Source of the DNA: Gordius albopunctatus
Lineage: Eukaryota
Length of the DNA stretch: 64,000 bases
Reading direction: 5' to 3'
Assembly (NCBI GenBank): GCA_964276515.1
Contig: OZ193910.1
Coordinates: forward strand, 6,696,001-6,760,000
Part shown: positions 62,832 through 64,000 of the stretch, in pieces
How positions within the stretch are numbered: position 1 is the stretch's first letter
How the letters are laid out: the number at the start of each line of letters is the position of its first letter
Made by a program: the position numbers and the translations under genes
The notes under the pieces: generated by a model
The model's database searches: none
What the model was told of the DNA's origin: nothing
The model's input: only the letters and a program-made list of their open reading frames with translations

Positions 62832-64000
62832 TGTCACACATCCGCCTCCAAACTTCAAACAATAGTTCTTTAGTGAGAGAGGAGGAATATAATTTATTAC
62901 ACGATAAAAGAACAATGATTCAAAACTTATAAAAGAGTGAGTTTATATAGCAATAGATAAGGATAACATTCAAATGAAAGTTGATTCTGTGTGTGTATTC
63001 TTTCTATTTTCACCTTGTACGTATTATAACCAAATCTTTCCAAGGTAAGTGTAATTTGTTTCCCTACAGATACTCCCCCTCTTAAAAAAAAAAATATATA
63101 TACACATTATAATTTATAAGAAAAATTTTGTGGAATAGTTATAGTTCTTCCATATCTAGAAAATCGTTGTTGAACAGGTAAAGTGTTACTATCATCTTCT
63201 TTTCTTTCGATCCATGCTGGTTTAAGCCTATCAAGTGATATTGTTTCCTCTTTATTACCCTTTTCCACTATGAAAAATTTCTTTCTCCTTTTTAGTACTT
63301 TAAAGGGTCCATCATATGGGGGTTGTAAAGATTTTCTGACCGTGTCATTGCGCACAAAAACATAATCTGATGTTTTTAAATTGTTAGGGATATATTCCTT
63401 CTTATCATGTCTTCTGGTAGGGCAAAATTTTAGATTTTGCATTATTTCTTTAAGTCTAATTACATAACCTGGTTTTGATGAGTCTATGAACGATTTTTGA
63501 AAATATTCCCCTGGTAGCCTTAACGTCGTCCCATAAACCATTTCCGAAGGGGTGTATCCGATATCTTCTTTAATTGTCGACCTAATGCTGAGAAGAATTA
63601 ATGGTAGTGTTTCACTCCATTTTGTCGTATCTTCTTGTGACATGATGGAAGCTTTTAATTGCCTATGAAAGCGCTCAACTAAACCATTAGAACACGGGTG
63701 ATAGGCTGTGGTTTTGATATGGTCAAATCCTAATGTGGATGATAATTCTCGAAATAAACAGGATGTAAATTGAGCACCTCTATCAGTAGTTATAATCTTT
63801 GGGACACCAAAGTTGGTAATCCAATGTTGAATAAATATTCTTGCTAAATTTTCGGCTGATATATCGTTGATTGGTATTGCGATTGGCCATCTCGTAAAGC
63901 GATCGATGGCTGTAAGAATATGGGTGTAGTGAGATGAAGGTGGCAAAGGGCCTACCACATCCATATGTACGTGACTGAACCTTTCGTCGGTGTCGTCAAA
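62832..64000 (-). mobile_element. Gypsy 3' end: open integrase, PPT and 3' LTR (62832-63068)
   Basis: Integrase core HMDVVGP...TTDRGAQF...NGLVERFHR and GPF/Y motif PYDGPF. PPT AAGAGGGGGAG. LTR TG...CA. Confidence 0.95.

Overview
AT-rich eukaryotic (metazoan invertebrate-like) genomic DNA, not prokaryotic. It holds three spliced host genes that I reconstructed by eye: serine palmitoyltransferase 2/3 (+, 23684-34042), protein kinase D (-, 34264-40649) and Serrate/ARS2 (-, 45389-50985). Many of their introns are only 33-47 nt. The first 15.8 kb is a recent ~9.04-kb tandem duplication carrying a short 5S rRNA array, a hobo/Hermes-like hAT remnant inserted at the 3' end of a 5S gene, an RTE 5' end, a miniature LTR element (TRIM) and a Gypsy remnant. 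The rest is dense with hAT MITEs, Helitron/Helentron-type elements, LINEs and Gypsy elements. Main observations: (1) a Gypsy primer-binding site extended into a near-complete CCA-bearing copy of tRNA-Ser(CGA), with departures from consensus at positions 26, 32 and 58, the known RT-miscoding methylation sites; (2) a U12-type AT-AC intron in ARS2; (3) a TG...AA-ended TRIM with its gag-encoding relative in the same window; (4) a Helentron-like element carrying a serpin-like fragment; (5) a pseudoknotted LINE 3' UTR. All calls are by manual inspection with no database searches. Coordinates may be off by a few bases.
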